Source: Pseudomonadota bacterium | GTDB taxonomy: Bacteria > Pseudomonadota > Gammaproteobacteria > Burkholderiales > Burkholderiaceae_C | Length of the DNA stretch: 64,000 bases | NCBI GenBank assembly: GCA_019351955.1 | Contig: JABBOE010000001.1 | Span: 8,234-72,233, forward strand | Direction of reading: 5' to 3' | In this document: one piece after another, positions 43,638 to 55,192 of the stretch | Layout of the letters: each line of letters opens with the position of its first letter | Numbering within the stretch: the stretch's first letter is position 1 | The notes under the pieces: generated by a model | Seen by the model: only the letters and a program-made list of their open reading frames with translations | The model's database searches: none | Told to the model about the DNA's origin: nothing | Translations under genes and position numbers: made by a program

Positions 43638-45212
43638 CTAGGGCCGCGCCGCGTTGCGACACTCCAGTGCCTGGCTGGCGATGGCCAGCCCCCGGCGCAC
43701 GGCGGCTTGAGGATCAGCGGCCTGGGTGACGGCGCTGACCACCGCGAAACCGTCTGCGCCGCATGCCATCACCGCCACCGCCTGGTCCAGTCCAATGCCG
43801 CCGATGGCCACCACGGGATAGCGCGGTTTGCAGCGGGCCGCCCAGTCACGCAGCCGCTCAAGTCCCAGTGGCCGATAGGGCATGACCTTGAGCGTGGTCG
43901 GAAACACGGGCCCGAGCGCGACATAGCTTGGCTGCAGGGCGTGCGCGCGCGCTAGCTCGCCCGGCGTGTGGGTACTCACGCCCAGGCGCAAACCAGCCGC
44001 GCGCAGGCCCGCCAAGTCGGCGCCAAACAGGTCTTCCTGACCGAGATGCACGCCGTACGCGCCCACGGCCATTGCCTGGCGCCAGTGGTCGTTGACGAAG
44101 AGTTGTGCGCCGGCTTGGTGCGCAGCGCCACTGACGCGCGCGATGGCAGCTTCCAGCGCTGCGCCGTGCAGGTCCTTGATGCGCAGCTGCAGGGTGCGCA
44201 CACCCCAGTCCAACAGACGCAACGCCCAGTCGACGTCAGGCACGATGGGGTAAAACCCGACCACGGCTGCCAGCGGGACGAACGACTCAGTAGCCGGGCC
44301 GGGGCTCACGTCCGACGCGACAAGCGTCGCTGCAGCGTCATCCGCCGGCACCCCTCCCGTTGCGCCCCCGAAAGGACGTGCCGGGAAACTGGTGCTGTCG
44401 AGCGACGCACTGGCATTGACCATGGGCCGTCCGCCGGTGCATGTCCACGCCTGCGCAATGCCAGCATGGGTACGCCATTGCGCCTCCACGGCCGCATCCA
44501 CCACACTCCACCCCGCAGCCAGCATGGCCGCCATGGTTGCGGCGTGCAGACAACCCGTGCCATGCGAGCCGCGGATCAGGCGCGGCACCACAAGGGGTTG
44601 GGCACTGTCCCGCGTCACGAGCCAATCCACGCTGAGCGCGCCAAGCGCATGCCCGCCCTTCAGCACGATCGCCTGTGTGCGGCCCTCGCGCAGCCACTGC
44701 TCGCGCATCGCCCGCAACCACGCCGCGGGGACCGGCCCGAGGTCACCCCACGCGGGCAGGCCGAGCAAGGCTGCGGCCTCCTCGCGGTTGGGCGTGATCA
44801 CGGTTGCCGTGCGCGCCATGCGGCGCAGCGCGTTCGCGTCTGCCGCGGTCAGCGGCGCGCCTCCCGCACTGGCGCCAAGCACCGGGTCCCACACCACCGG
44901 GCCGCCCTCAAACTTGCCGCAGAAGCCAGCCACCTCGGCGGCCACCGCCACGTCGCCAAGCATGCCGACTTTCACCGCCACCGGCTCGACCTCCGCGCAC
45001 AGCGCCGCAAGGGCCGCGCGCACCACCGCCGGGTCGGTAGGTGCCACCTGCTGCACGCCCTGTGCGTTTTGCACCGTCAACGCCGTACAGACGCTCGCGC
45101 CCTTGCGGCCCATGGCCTGCCACACAGCCATGTCGGTGGTCAGGCCCGCCCCTCCCGTGGGATCGTGGCCGGCAATGGTCAGAAGCAATCCGATGTCATC
45201 AAGGCTGGGCAT
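43638..45212 (-). CDS. thiD: bifunctional hydroxymethylpyrimidine/phosphomethylpyrimidine kinase and thiamine-phosphate synthase (ThiD-ThiE fusion)
   Basis: ORF 43638..45233 (TTG) trimmed to ATG 45212. N-terminal ThiD motif LLTIAGHDPTGGAGLTTD. The C-terminal ThiE half begins FYPIVPDVDWALRLLDWGVRTLQLRIKD. Confidence 0.85.
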   Translation of the reverse strand: MPSLDDIGLLLTIAGHDPTGGAGLTTDMAVWQAMGRKGASVCTALTVQNAQGVQQVAPTDPAVVRAALAALCAEVEPVAVKVGMLGDVAVAAEVAGFCGKFEGGPVVWDPVLGASAGGAPLTAADANALRRMARTATVITPNREEAAALLGLPAWGDLGPVPAAWLRAMREQWLREGRTQAIVLKGGHALGALSVDWLVTRDSAQPLVVPRLIRGSHGTGCLHAATMAAMLAAGWSVVDAAVEAQWRTHAGIAQAWTCTGGRPMVNASASLDSTSFPARPFGGATGGVPADDAAATLVASDVSPGPATESFVPLAAVVGFYPIVPDVDWALRLLDWGVRTLQLRIKDLHGAALEAAIARVSGAAHQAGAQLFVNDHWRQAMAVGAYGVHLGQEDLFGADLAGLRAAGLRLGVSTHTPGELARAHALQPSYVALGPVFPTTLKVMPYRPLGLERLRDWAARCKPRYPVVAIGGIGLDQAVAVMACGADGFAVVSAVTQAADPQAAVRRGLAIASQALECRNAARP

Positions 45213-45367
45213 GGTCAAAGGCGGGGGCGCCAAAGGGAGAGATTACAAGGCGTCGGTCAATGCGCGCAAGCCTAGCCAAGGCCTGGGAGCGCGCGTCGCA
45301 ACACGTCATGGCCACCACGTTGAGGTATGCATGCAGGACTGCATTGGCGCGCGCGCCCACCGGACGC

Positions 45368-46312
45368 TCAGCTCGCGCCGACTTCGTGCCAGAACGGCAT
45401 GCCCACCGTGGGCGTGGACGCCTGTGCCGTATCACGCTCTGGCATCGCACCGGCCTGGTAGCCCAGGCGCCCGGCATGCACCGCATGCGCAAACGCGCGC
45501 GCCATCGCCACCGGATCCGCAGCCTGGGCCACAGCCGTGTTCAGCAGCACCGCGTCGAAACCGAGTTCCATCACCTGGGCAGCATGCGAGGGCTTGCCCA
45601 GGCCGGCATCGACGATCAGCACGGCCTCCGGGAGACGCGCGCGCAGCGTGCGCAGCGCCTGCAGGTTCTGCGGGCCCCGACCCGAGCCGATCGGGGCCGC
45701 CCACGGCATCACGGCAGCCACGCCAGCCTCGAGCAGGCGACGCGCAAGCACCAGGTCGTCGGTTGTGTAGGCGAACACGGCAAAGCCCTCGCGCACCAGT
45801 CGCTGCGCGGCTTGCAGCGTGCCAAACGGGTCGGGTTGCAAGGTGTAGTCGTCGCCCACGACTTCAAGCTTGATCCAGTTGGTACCGAACAATTCGCGAG
45901 CCATCAGCGCAAGGCTGACGGCCTGCTCGGCATCGTGGCACCCGGCGGTGTTCGGCAGCAGACGGCAGCCCAGCTGGCTGATGCGCTGCCAGAACGCCTG
46001 CCCGCCTCCGGTTTCGGGCTGCAAACGGCGCAGCCCGACCGTGAGGACCTGCGCGCTGCTCGCTGTCACCGCCTGCTCCAGGATCTGTGGACTCGGGTAA
46101 TGCGCCGTGCCCAGCAGCAGGCGCGACTGCAGCTGGGCATCGCCGACACTCCAAGCGCTGCCCGAGCACACTCCCGGATCGCCGGGTTGCCCGCTCAATG
46201 CGCCCTGCCCCCGGGAAACGCCCCGCGTCGACCGGGGCGCCATGGCTGTGGAGTGTTCATCCGGGGTCAGCGCAGCCCCGCCCGATGGGACGGCCGTGAT
46301 TTCAGTTTCCAT
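45368..46312 (-). CDS. thiG: thiazole synthase
   Basis: The start is taken as ATG 46312, 18 nt after the thiS stop. This leaves an N-terminal extension of about 50 aa before the conserved [10 protein letters not shown]. Other motifs: [13 protein letters not shown] and [16 protein letters not shown]. Confidence 0.85.
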   Translation of the reverse strand: METEITAVPSGGAALTPDEHSTAMAPRSTRGVSRGQGALSGQPGDPGVCSGSAWSVGDAQLQSRLLLGTAHYPSPQILEQAVTASSAQVLTVGLRRLQPETGGGQAFWQRISQLGCRLLPNTAGCHDAEQAVSLALMARELFGTNWIKLEVVGDDYTLQPDPFGTLQAAQRLVREGFAVFAYTTDDLVLARRLLEAGVAAVMPWAAPIGSGRGPQNLQALRTLRARLPEAVLIVDAGLGKPSHAAQVMELGFDAVLLNTAVAQAADPVAMARAFAHAVHAGRLGYQAGAMPERDTAQASTPTVGMPFWHEVGAS

Positions 46313-46329
46313 CGCCCATCGCTCCCGGA

Positions 46330-46579
46330 TCACCCGCCCACCACTGGGGCGACAATGTCAACGCGGTCGTTGCCACGCAAGGATTGCGCGGCCCAGCGCG
46401 CCCGTGGCACGAACACACCGTTGAGGGCGCAGGCAAAGGCACGTTGCGTCGGGTCCAGACCGCGCTCGAGCAGCAGGGCCTGCAACGTGAGCGCGGCACT
46501 GTGCACCTCCGTGCCATTGAGCTCAAGCCTGCGCACCGCAGTCGTGGCGGCACCCGCGGTCGGGCCTTGAAGATCGGTG

Positions 46580-46590
<11 letters not shown>
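46330..46590 (-). CDS. thiS: sulfur-carrier protein ThiS
   Basis: Ends ...[11 protein letters not shown], the diagnostic C-terminal GG. ATG 46590 overlaps the thiO stop. An internal GTG giving a 68-aa protein ([11 protein letters not shown]...) is equally plausible. Confidence 0.75.
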
Positions 46591-49782
<3,192 letters not shown>

Positions 49783-49877
49783 GTGAAGTATAGGCCGCGC
49801 GCGATGGGCCGTCACCGACGACCGTGTTGGGCACAGGGGCTTCCACGCCTTGAAGGCTCGGCGCCCAAGACATCTGT

Positions 49878-50513
49878 TCAGAATCCGGATCCGGGCTGCT
49901 GCAAAAAAGCCACCTCCTGCGGCGTACTAGGGCGCCCGAGTGCGGCGTTGCGGTGGGGAAATCGCCCGAAAGACGCAATGACATCGTGGTGGCGCACGGC
50001 GTAGCCGAGAAAGTTGTCGAACAGGGAGCGCTCGCTCTCAGGCACCGCGTTGCGTAGGGCCGTGAACAGCGACACGCTGCGCTGCTGAGCAGCGCCGTCC
50101 TCCGCGTGCTCGAAGGGCAGGTACACGAATACGCGCTCGATGGCATGAAGGCGCAGGTCGTCTGCGGTGTCGACCATTGCCTGGGCCTCCTTCAGCGCGA
50201 GGCAATCGGCTGCAAAGGCTTGCCGAGTCGCGCGGAACATATTGCGAGGACACTGATCAAGCAGCACGATCAGTGCAAGCCGTCCTTGCGGCGTACGCTC
50301 CCAGTCAGTCAACGCCCGCCCTGCCGCCCGATCGCACAGACTCTTGAAGCGGTTGCGGATCTCGGCGTCCAGTGCTGCATCCTTGCCGAACCAGCGCTGC
50401 CGCTGCATGACCCAGGTAGCCCGGGCATCGTGCGGAGCATCGCCGAACCAGAATTGCAGCAGGCCTGAGGCCTCCAAGGGCGGCGTCACGATGGCATCAC
50501 GCCACCCGGGCAT
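49878..50513 (-). CDS. DUF924-family protein
   Basis: 211 aa. LLQFWFGD...WFGKDAALDAEIRNRF is the DUF924 N-terminal signature. The start overlaps the nhaA stop by 17 nt. Confidence 0.7.
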   Translation of the reverse strand: MPGWRDAIVTPPLEASGLLQFWFGDAPHDARATWVMQRQRWFGKDAALDAEIRNRFKSLCDRAAGRALTDWERTPQGRLALIVLLDQCPRNMFRATRQAFAADCLALKEAQAMVDTADDLRLHAIERVFVYLPFEHAEDGAAQQRSVSLFTALRNAVPESERSLFDNFLGYAVRHHDVIASFGRFPHRNAALGRPSTPQEVAFLQQPGSGF

Positions 50514-51660
50514 TGGGGTAGAGCCTGCGCGTGATCAGGGTGCCAGCGGTCAAAGCCAGCACCGTGCCGAGCAGAACCCCGATTTTGGCGGCGTTGAACT
50601 CCTGCACATCGCCGGCAAAAGCCAGGCCGGCAATGAACAAGGACATGGTGAACCCCACGCCACAAAATGCGGCGATCGGAATTATCAGTCGCCACGAGTA
50701 GCCCGGGGGCAGACCGCCCATAGCCATGGCGGTCACCGCCACCCCGGCAAGGATGCCCACGGGCTTGCCCAGCACAAGGCCAAGCGCTACACCCCAGGTC
50801 ACCCCATGGCCGAGCAGGGCAAGGCCCGACCCACCCAGCTGCACGCCCGCATTGGCAAGCGCAAACAGTGGCAGGATCAGCCAGGACACGAAGGGTGCCA
50901 GCGCGTGCTCGACGCTGACACCGGCTCCGCCCTCACGGGTTTGCGGCAGAAGGAGCCCGGCGAGTACGCCGGCCACCGTCGCGTGCACACCCGACTTGAG
51001 CACGAACCCCCACAGCACAACCCCCAGAAACAGGTAAGGCCAGGCGCGACGCACACCAAAGCCCTGCAGCAGCACCATGAGCAGCACGATCGCAACCGAC
51101 GCCCCCAGCATGGGTCCGGAAACTTGCGCGGTGTAGAAGGCGGCGATGATCAGGACCGCACCCAGGTCGTCGAGCACGGCCACCGCCGTAAGAAAGACCC
51201 GGGCTCGCGGAGGTAAGCCACGCGCCAGCAATGCCATGAAACCCAGTGCGAACGCGATATCGGTTGCAGCGGGCACGGCCCAGCCCGCAAGCGCCTTGGC
51301 GTGTCCCGCATTGATGGCGACAAAGACCATCGCCGGGACCGCCATGCCGCCCAGGGCGGCCGCCACGGGCAGGGCGCGCGCACGCGCATTGGCCAAGGCG
51401 CCGAAGAGCCACTCACGCTTAATCTCGATTCCAATCTGCAGGAAAAAGAGCGCCATCAGCGCATCGTTGATCCACAGCAAATTGCTTTCCACCAGGTGCA
51501 GTGGCCCCAGATGCACGCCCCAAACGGCCTGCAGCAAGCTCTCCCAGCCGGGAGCCAACGGGCTGTTCATCAACAACAGTCCGGCCCCCGCGCTGCACGC
51601 GAGCACAAGGCCCGCCCGGCCAGCCGTCGAGTCGATTTTCGAGGGGGCCGGGCCGCTCAT
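50497..51660 (-). CDS. nhaA: Na+/H+ antiporter NhaA
   Basis: 387 aa polytopic membrane protein with the WINDALMALFFLQIGIEIKRE signature. Confidence 0.9.
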   Translation of the reverse strand: MSGPAPSKIDSTAGRAGLVLACSAGAGLLLMNSPLAPGWESLLQAVWGVHLGPLHLVESNLLWINDALMALFFLQIGIEIKREWLFGALANARARALPVAAALGGMAVPAMVFVAINAGHAKALAGWAVPAATDIAFALGFMALLARGLPPRARVFLTAVAVLDDLGAVLIIAAFYTAQVSGPMLGASVAIVLLMVLLQGFGVRRAWPYLFLGVVLWGFVLKSGVHATVAGVLAGLLLPQTREGGAGVSVEHALAPFVSWLILPLFALANAGVQLGGSGLALLGHGVTWGVALGLVLGKPVGILAGVAVTAMAMGGLPPGYSWRLIIPIAAFCGVGFTMSLFIAGLAFAGDVQEFNAAKIGVLLGTVLALTAGTLITRRLYPNARVA

Positions 51661-51883
51661 CGGGACCTCATCGCGTTGGGGCTCACCCTAGCCACAGCCC
51701 TGCCCTCCTTGCCAGTCTTCGATGCATGTCTCGTGGCATTCCTGCACGCGTTCACCTTCAGACGCTGGAGCGCCCAAACCGGCTGGCACGATCGGACCGT
51801 GCCACGGGCGCGGCGTACGCCGTTCAAACACCCGCAACCGCCAAGGTCAACGTGAACATGGCAGGGCTGAGAAACGCCCCGCC

Positions 51884-52417
51884 TTACTCGATCGAGGCAT
51901 AACGCTTGCTGCTTGCCGTGATCTCGGCACGCGCTGCGTCCACCCCAGCCCAGCCATTGGTCTTGACCCACTTGCCAGCTTCCAGCGCTTTGTATTGCTG
52001 AAAGAAATGCTCGATCTGCTTGAGTAGCGTTTCGCCGAGATCTTCGGGCTTCTGGATATGCTTGTAGCCCGGCCAGAGCTTGTCCACCGGCACGCCGATG
52101 AGCTTGGCGTCGGGACCCGCCTCGTCCGTCATCTGCAGCACGCCAACGGGACGGCAGCGGATGGCGCAGCCATGGACCAGCGCCACTGGAGTGACAACCA
52201 GCATGTCCACCGGGTCGCCGTCCTCCGACAACGTTTGCGGGATATACCCGTAGTTGCACGGGTAGTGCATCGCAGTGGACAAGAAACGGTCGACGAAAAG
52301 CGCACCCGACACCTTGTCCACTTCGTATTTCACCGGTGCAGCACCAGCCGGGATCTCAATGATCACATTGACGTCGTCGGGCAGGCCTTTGCCTGCGGGA
52401 ACTTGGAGCAAACTCAT
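51884..52417 (-). CDS. ppa: inorganic pyrophosphatase
   Basis: 177 aa. [37 protein letters not shown] and KLIGVP motifs. Confidence 0.95.
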   Translation of the reverse strand: MSLLQVPAGKGLPDDVNVIIEIPAGAAPVKYEVDKVSGALFVDRFLSTAMHYPCNYGYIPQTLSEDGDPVDMLVVTPVALVHGCAIRCRPVGVLQMTDEAGPDAKLIGVPVDKLWPGYKHIQKPEDLGETLLKQIEHFFQQYKALEAGKWVKTNGWAGVDAARAEITASSKRYASIE

Positions 52418-52491
52418 GGAAGACTCACCTTGGTTGGGATAGAAAACGGGACGAATTCACCAGCGCGCAGTCCGGGGGCCGTGACCAAACT

Positions 52492-53205
52492 TCAAGGCTT
52501 GGCAGGGGTTGTCGGCGCAGAACCCGCAGGCGTGACGGGGGTCTGCGAGGTGTTGCTGTAGATGCCTTGCAATTGGTCGGGCGTGATGATGTCGAACAGG
52601 GTGACGACCTTCTGCACGCCAGACACGGCGCTTGCCACCGCGGCGGCCTGGTCGGCCTCGTCCTGGGTGACGATGCCCTGCAGGTACACGATGCCCGCTG
52701 AGGTGGTGATCTTGAACGCCTGCGAGTACAACTGCTTATCGTCGATGAAGGACGCCCGCACCTTGGAGGTGATGTAGGTGTCGTTGGCCTCCTCGCCCAA
52801 AGTCGAATTGGGGCCAACGACCACCTCGTTGGCGACGGCCTTGACGTTCGCGATGCTGGAGACAATCTGCTGGATCTGCTGCTTGTAGGCTTCAGTCGGG
52901 ACCTGGCCAGTAATCAGAACCTGTTGGTTATAGCTGTTGACGCTGACATTGCCGTTGCCGCGCAGGGCATTGCTGATCTGCGTGGCCGCCTTGACTTGAA
53001 TGGTCTGGTCTTCGAGTTGGGCTCCCGCCGTGCGGCGGTCGGTGGCAACCATCGCCGTACCGCCCACGGCAGCCGCGCCGAGCACAAAGCAGCCCTGCAG
53101 TTGCGTGGCGGCAATCGCCGCCATCAGCACCAAGCCGGCGCGTGGGAGGGAAAAACGGGATTTGGCCCCCACATGCGTGCGGAGAGTTTCGGTACGGTGT
53201 GTCAT
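52492..53205 (-). CDS. BON-domain outer-membrane lipoprotein (YraP/DolP-like)
   Basis: ORF trimmed to ATG 53205. Lipobox LQGC. Two BON-like repeats (VSVNSYNQQVLITGQVPT and ITTSAGIVYLQGIVTQDE). Sits directly after the DiaA-like gene, as in the yraN-diaA-yraP cluster. Confidence 0.75.
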   Translation of the reverse strand: MTHRTETLRTHVGAKSRFSLPRAGLVLMAAIAATQLQGCFVLGAAAVGGTAMVATDRRTAGAQLEDQTIQVKAATQISNALRGNGNVSVNSYNQQVLITGQVPTEAYKQQIQQIVSSIANVKAVANEVVVGPNSTLGEEANDTYITSKVRASFIDDKQLYSQAFKITTSAGIVYLQGIVTQDEADQAAAVASAVSGVQKVVTLFDIITPDQLQGIYSNTSQTPVTPAGSAPTTPAKP

Positions 53206-53801
53206 GCTGTGTCCTCTTGGTCGCCCATCAGTGTCCAGTCTACCCCGTCGCAAATGCAGTGCAGCATGAGCAGGTGCACCTCCTGAATGCGTGCCGTACG
53301 GTCATGCGGGACGCAGAGGTGGACGTCAACGTCGCGCAGCAGCGCCGTCATTTGCCCACCACCCTTGCCGGTCATGCCCACGACCAGCATGTCGCGCTCC
53401 TGCGCCGCGCGCACGGCCTCCACCACGCTGGGCGAATTCCCGCTGGTGGAGATAGCCACCAACACGTCGCCCGACTGACCGAGCGCACGAACTTGCCGCG
53501 CAAAGACCTGCTCGAAGCCGTAGTCGTTGGCGATCGCGGTGAGGATGGATGTGTCCGTGGTGAGCGCGATGGCGGCAAGCTCCGGGCGCTCACGCTCGAA
53601 ACGGCCCACCAGTTCCGCTGCAAGATGCTGCGCGTCCGCGGCCGAGCCGCCATTGCCACATGCGAGGATTTTGCCGCCGTTGCTCACCGCATTGGCCATG
53701 CAGGCGACGGCCTGAGCAAGAGGCTCAGCCAGCAACGCACCAGCTTGCTGTTTGAGCTGGGCGCTTTCTTGAAACTGCCGTTGGATGCGTTGTTCGAGCA
53801 T
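53202..53801 (-). CDS. SIS-domain protein, DiaA/GmhA (phosphoheptose isomerase) family
   Basis: ORF trimmed to ATG 53801. KILACGNGGSAADAQHLAAELVGRF and VLVAISTSGNSPSV motifs. ATGA overlap with the BON gene. Confidence 0.85.
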   Translation of the reverse strand: MLEQRIQRQFQESAQLKQQAGALLAEPLAQAVACMANAVSNGGKILACGNGGSAADAQHLAAELVGRFERERPELAAIALTTDTSILTAIANDYGFEQVFARQVRALGQSGDVLVAISTSGNSPSVVEAVRAAQERDMLVVGMTGKGGGQMTALLRDVDVHLCVPHDRTARIQEVHLLMLHCICDGVDWTLMGDQEDTA

Positions 53802-54228
53802 GGTGGTGGACCCTGCAAAAACCTCCATTATTCCGCGGCTTGCCATCGCCGTGCCGAGCGCCACTGTGCGCCGCACCGGCGCAGTCGGCATCAGGCGGGG
53901 GTACGCCGTGTCAAAGTCGTGCGTTGCTTGGGTGGTGAGAACATGACCGCGAACGGCCCGCTTCCATCACCTGCGAGGCGCACCGAGCACGGCTCCGGGG
54001 CCAGACTCGATCCGGGTCGCCATCGCGCGAGATACGAATTACGGCCCCAACAGGCGCAATCGCTCCAACCGATGTCCGGCGTGGCAAAGAAGGCCGTCTC
54101 GCGGCTCGTTGGATAATGGCGCACTCCTCCGCTTGCAGCCCCTGCTGCAGATGGATTTAGCTCGCGCCATCCGGCGGCGCCCCATGCGCGGTGACGGACG
54201 CACCGCGGGCTTTGCCAGGTGTCATCCC

Positions 54229-55179
54229 ATGCCATCTTCTGCCTCCACTGCTCCGCCCGTCCCGACCTGTGACCCGCTGGCTGCGGCGCGCTCCTTTTGT
54301 CTGGGACAGCACCTGCCGCCGGGCTGCCTTTTGGTGGTCGCCACGCCCATCGGCAATCTGGCCGACATCACCCTGCGGGCCCTCGCCATGCTGGAGCGCT
54401 GCGATGTGGTCGCGGCCGAAGATACGCGCATGGCGCAGCGCTTGCTGCAGGCCTATGGAATCTCCAAGCCACTGCTGCGCGCCGACCGCCACCGCGAACA
54501 AGCCGCCGCGGACGAGATGCTTGACCTGCTAGCAACCGGGCGACGCGTGGCCTTTGTGAGCGATGCCGGTACACCTGGTGTCAATGATCCGGGTGCGGTG
54601 CTGGTGCGCAGCGCGCGCGCCGCCGGCCATCCGGTCTTCGCCTTACCCGGCGCCAGCAGCGTGACAGCTTCTCTTAGCACTTGCGGGCTTGAGCTTGAGT
54701 TCGGCTACACGTTTGCGGGGTACGTGCCTGCAACGCAGCAGCAGCGCATCGCGTTCTGGCGTGAGCAACTCTCGAGCCCGCGCGCCGTCGTGTGCTTCGA
54801 AACCCCTCACCGCATTGACGCCAGTTTGCAGGATTTGCAGCATCTCGCATCGGCACTTGCAGCGGCCCCGCGCATCGTGCTGGCGAAGGAACTGACCAAG
54901 CAGTTTGAAACGTACATTGCCGGCACCCCGAGCGTCTTGCTCGATTGGCTTCACGCCGATCCGAAGCACGCCCAAGGGGAGTTCGTGCTCGTGCTCCAGC
55001 CGGCGACCACACCGGAGGAGGTCAACGCGCAGGCCCAGCGTTGGCTGCTGCGCCTGGCACGTGAACTGCCCGCATCGCGTGCAGCAGCCGTAGTGGCTGA
55101 GATGCTCGACGCTGACCGCAAGACGCTGTATCGCTGGCTGCTCGCACAAGATACGGACACGGCCGATCGACGCCGCTGA
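54229..55179 (+). CDS. rsmI: 16S rRNA (cytidine1402-2'-O)-methyltransferase
   Basis: ORF 54109..55179 trimmed to ATG 54229. LLVVATPIGNLADITLRALAMLERCDVVAAEDTR and VSDAGTPGVNDPG motifs. Confidence 0.85.
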   Translation: MPSSASTAPPVPTCDPLAAARSFCLGQHLPPGCLLVVATPIGNLADITLRALAMLERCDVVAAEDTRMAQRLLQAYGISKPLLRADRHREQAAADEMLDLLATGRRVAFVSDAGTPGVNDPGAVLVRSARAAGHPVFALPGASSVTASLSTCGLELEFGYTFAGYVPATQQQRIAFWREQLSSPRAVVCFETPHRIDASLQDLQHLASALAAAPRIVLAKELTKQFETYIAGTPSVLLDWLHADPKHAQGEFVLVLQPATTPEEVNAQAQRWLLRLARELPASRAAAVVAEMLDADRKTLYRWLLAQDTDTADRRR

Positions 55180-55192
55180 AGTCCGGGCGCGC

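Noticed and set aside
43968-46570. Several 435-509-aa plus-strand ORFs (43968..45275, 44392..45873, 45041..46570)
   Set aside because: All are antisense or off-frame to thiD/E, thiG and thiS, which carry diagnostic motifs. Their translations are Arg/Pro/Ala-rich.
51860-51883. Imperfect hairpin GGCAGGGC-TGAGAAAC-GCCCCGCC immediately downstream of the ppa stop
   Set aside because: The stem has a mismatch, it abuts the stop codon, and no U-tract follows. This is too weak to call a terminator.
53891-54235. 114-aa minus-strand ORF in the slot where yraN would be expected
   Set aside because: Its Trp/Cys/Arg-rich composition has no UPF0102 motif (no GEIDL), so it is not reported as a CDS. The empty slot is discussed under findings.
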